IMG/VR virus record: IMGVR_UViG_3300008217_000072
Span: 1 to 26,228 of that record
DNA from: a virus
Lineage: Duplodnaviria; Caudoviricetes
Direction: 5' to 3' (one strand)
DNA: 26,228 nt
Shown: positions 25,217 through 26,228 of the stretch, in pieces
Layout: every line of letters starts with the position of its first letter
How positions within the stretch are numbered: position 1 is the stretch's first letter
Translations under genes and position numbers: made by a program
Notes under the pieces: model-generated
What the model was told of the DNA's origin: nothing
The model's input: the letters and a program-made list of their open reading frames with translations, nothing else
Database searches by the model: none

Positions 25217-25972
25217 ATGACAATTAATCTCGATAAGTTGCGTGAGAAACACGCAGAAATGACCCGCCAAGGTACTGGTGATGGGGGCTCCTTTCTGAAC
25301 AACTTCCTACAAATTAAAGAGGGAAGTAATTTGGTTAGGATTCTTCCTGGCAAGGATGAAGAAACAGAATTCTACGCTGAAACCAAAATTCACCGCATAA
25401 CTGGTGGTGATGGTCAGATTCGTAATTTTCACTGCCTAAAGGTTCACAGTATGGCATGCCCTTTGTGTGACTCGTATTTTGGTCTGTGGAAGACTAGTGA
25501 CAAGGCAGACGAAGACACCGCTCGTCAAATTAAGCCCCGTTCGCGTTTTTACATGAATGTGGTTGATCGTGACACTGGCGAAGTTAAGATTCTGTCTGTC
25601 GGTATCATGTTGTTCCAAAAGATCGTGAATGCCATCCTCGATGAGGATTATGGTGATATCACCGATATGATGGAAGGCCATGATTTTAAGATTATCAAGA
25701 CAATGGAAGGCCAATGGCCTAAGTATGATCAGTCGTCCCCTCGCCCCAAGCCTGAGGCCGCTGGTACTGATGCTGAGGTCGCTACTTGGATGGATTCTTT
25801 GCATGATATCCACGGTCTGGTCAAGGTAGAAGAATATGAGGAGGTTAAGCAAGTTGCTATGACGATTCTTCCTACTCTCACCTATGATGAACCCGTTTCG
25901 CGAACTGCGCCACAAACGCAAACTGCTGATTCTGGTTCTGACGAGGATTACCTTGAAAGGCTTAAGTCTTAG
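25217..25972 (+). CDS. Single-stranded DNA-binding protein (T4 gp32-like)
   Basis: VRILP, H...C...CPLC zinc site, RFYMNVVDR, DITD...GHDFKI, WPKYDQS, acidic tail. Confidence 0.88.
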   Translation: MTINLDKLREKHAEMTRQGTGDGGSFLNNFLQIKEGSNLVRILPGKDEETEFYAETKIHRITGGDGQIRNFHCLKVHSMACPLCDSYFGLWKTSDKADEDTARQIKPRSRFYMNVVDRDTGEVKILSVGIMLFQKIVNAILDEDYGDITDMMEGHDFKIIKTMEGQWPKYDQSSPRPKPEAAGTDAEVATWMDSLHDIHGLVKVEEYEEVKQVAMTILPTLTYDEPVSRTAPQTQTADSGSDEDYLERLKS

Positions 25973-25988
25973 TACTATATATAAAGCA

Positions 25989-26192
25989 ATGGGTGCGGCA
26001 GCTTTGGTTGTCGCACCTTCTTGCATTTCAATTGACGGAGTACCAGTTATTCCTATCCCGTTTGTCTCATTATGGGCACCAGGGGTAGAGATAACAACCA
26101 AGGACATTTGTCCTTGGGGCGTGTATTGTGCAGAAAATGCTCCAGAAACACACTATCATAATGATACAAAGGTAAAAATGTTACAATGGTAA
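25989..26192 (+). CDS. 67-aa hypothetical protein, possible lipoprotein
   Basis: ATG 25989 after TATATATAAA; MGAAALVVAPSC resembles a short signal/lipobox. The track start at 25884 overlaps SSB. Confidence 0.45.
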   Translation: MGAAALVVAPSCISIDGVPVIPIPFVSLWAPGVEITTKDICPWGVYCAENAPETHYHNDTKVKMLQW

Positions 26193-26228
26193 AAAACACA
26201 GTCGTTAGCTTATTGCTACTTTTTGGTA
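26186..26228 (+). CDS. 5' end of a possibly secreted or membrane protein (truncated)
   Basis: MVKNTVVSLLLLFG..., signal-peptide-like; start overlaps the previous stop codon. Confidence 0.4.
   Translation, partial: MVKNTVVSLLLLFG

Noticed and set aside
1-26228. CRISPR arrays, tRNA/rRNA genes, integrase or IS elements
   Set aside because: Intergenic gaps are all short (about 100 bp or less), and no repeat-spacer array, cloverleaf or transposase motif was seen by eye.

Overview
Gene-dense fragment of a T4-related (contractile-tailed) dsDNA phage genome. Left half (1-13852) is the virion module: scaffold (gp22-like), major capsid (gp23-like), neck gp13/gp14, an inserted 844-aa clan GH-A glycoside hydrolase, a gp15 tail terminator with an extra N-terminal beta-domain, tail sheath, tail tube and a 900-aa unknown protein. 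Right half (13809-26228) covers replication, recombination and transcription: Holliday-junction resolvase, thioredoxin-fold protein, minimal gp55-like late sigma factor, a family-A DNA polymerase split over three abutting ORFs and led by a UDG-like Fe-S domain, Mre11/Rad50 (gp47/gp46), class II ribonucleotide reductase, DnaB helicase, UvsY and gp32-like SSB. The most notable features are the three-part PolA (split inside the exonuclease and thumb, with no intein or intron) and the glycosidase coupled to the tail terminator. All calls come from motif recognition by eye; no database search was run.
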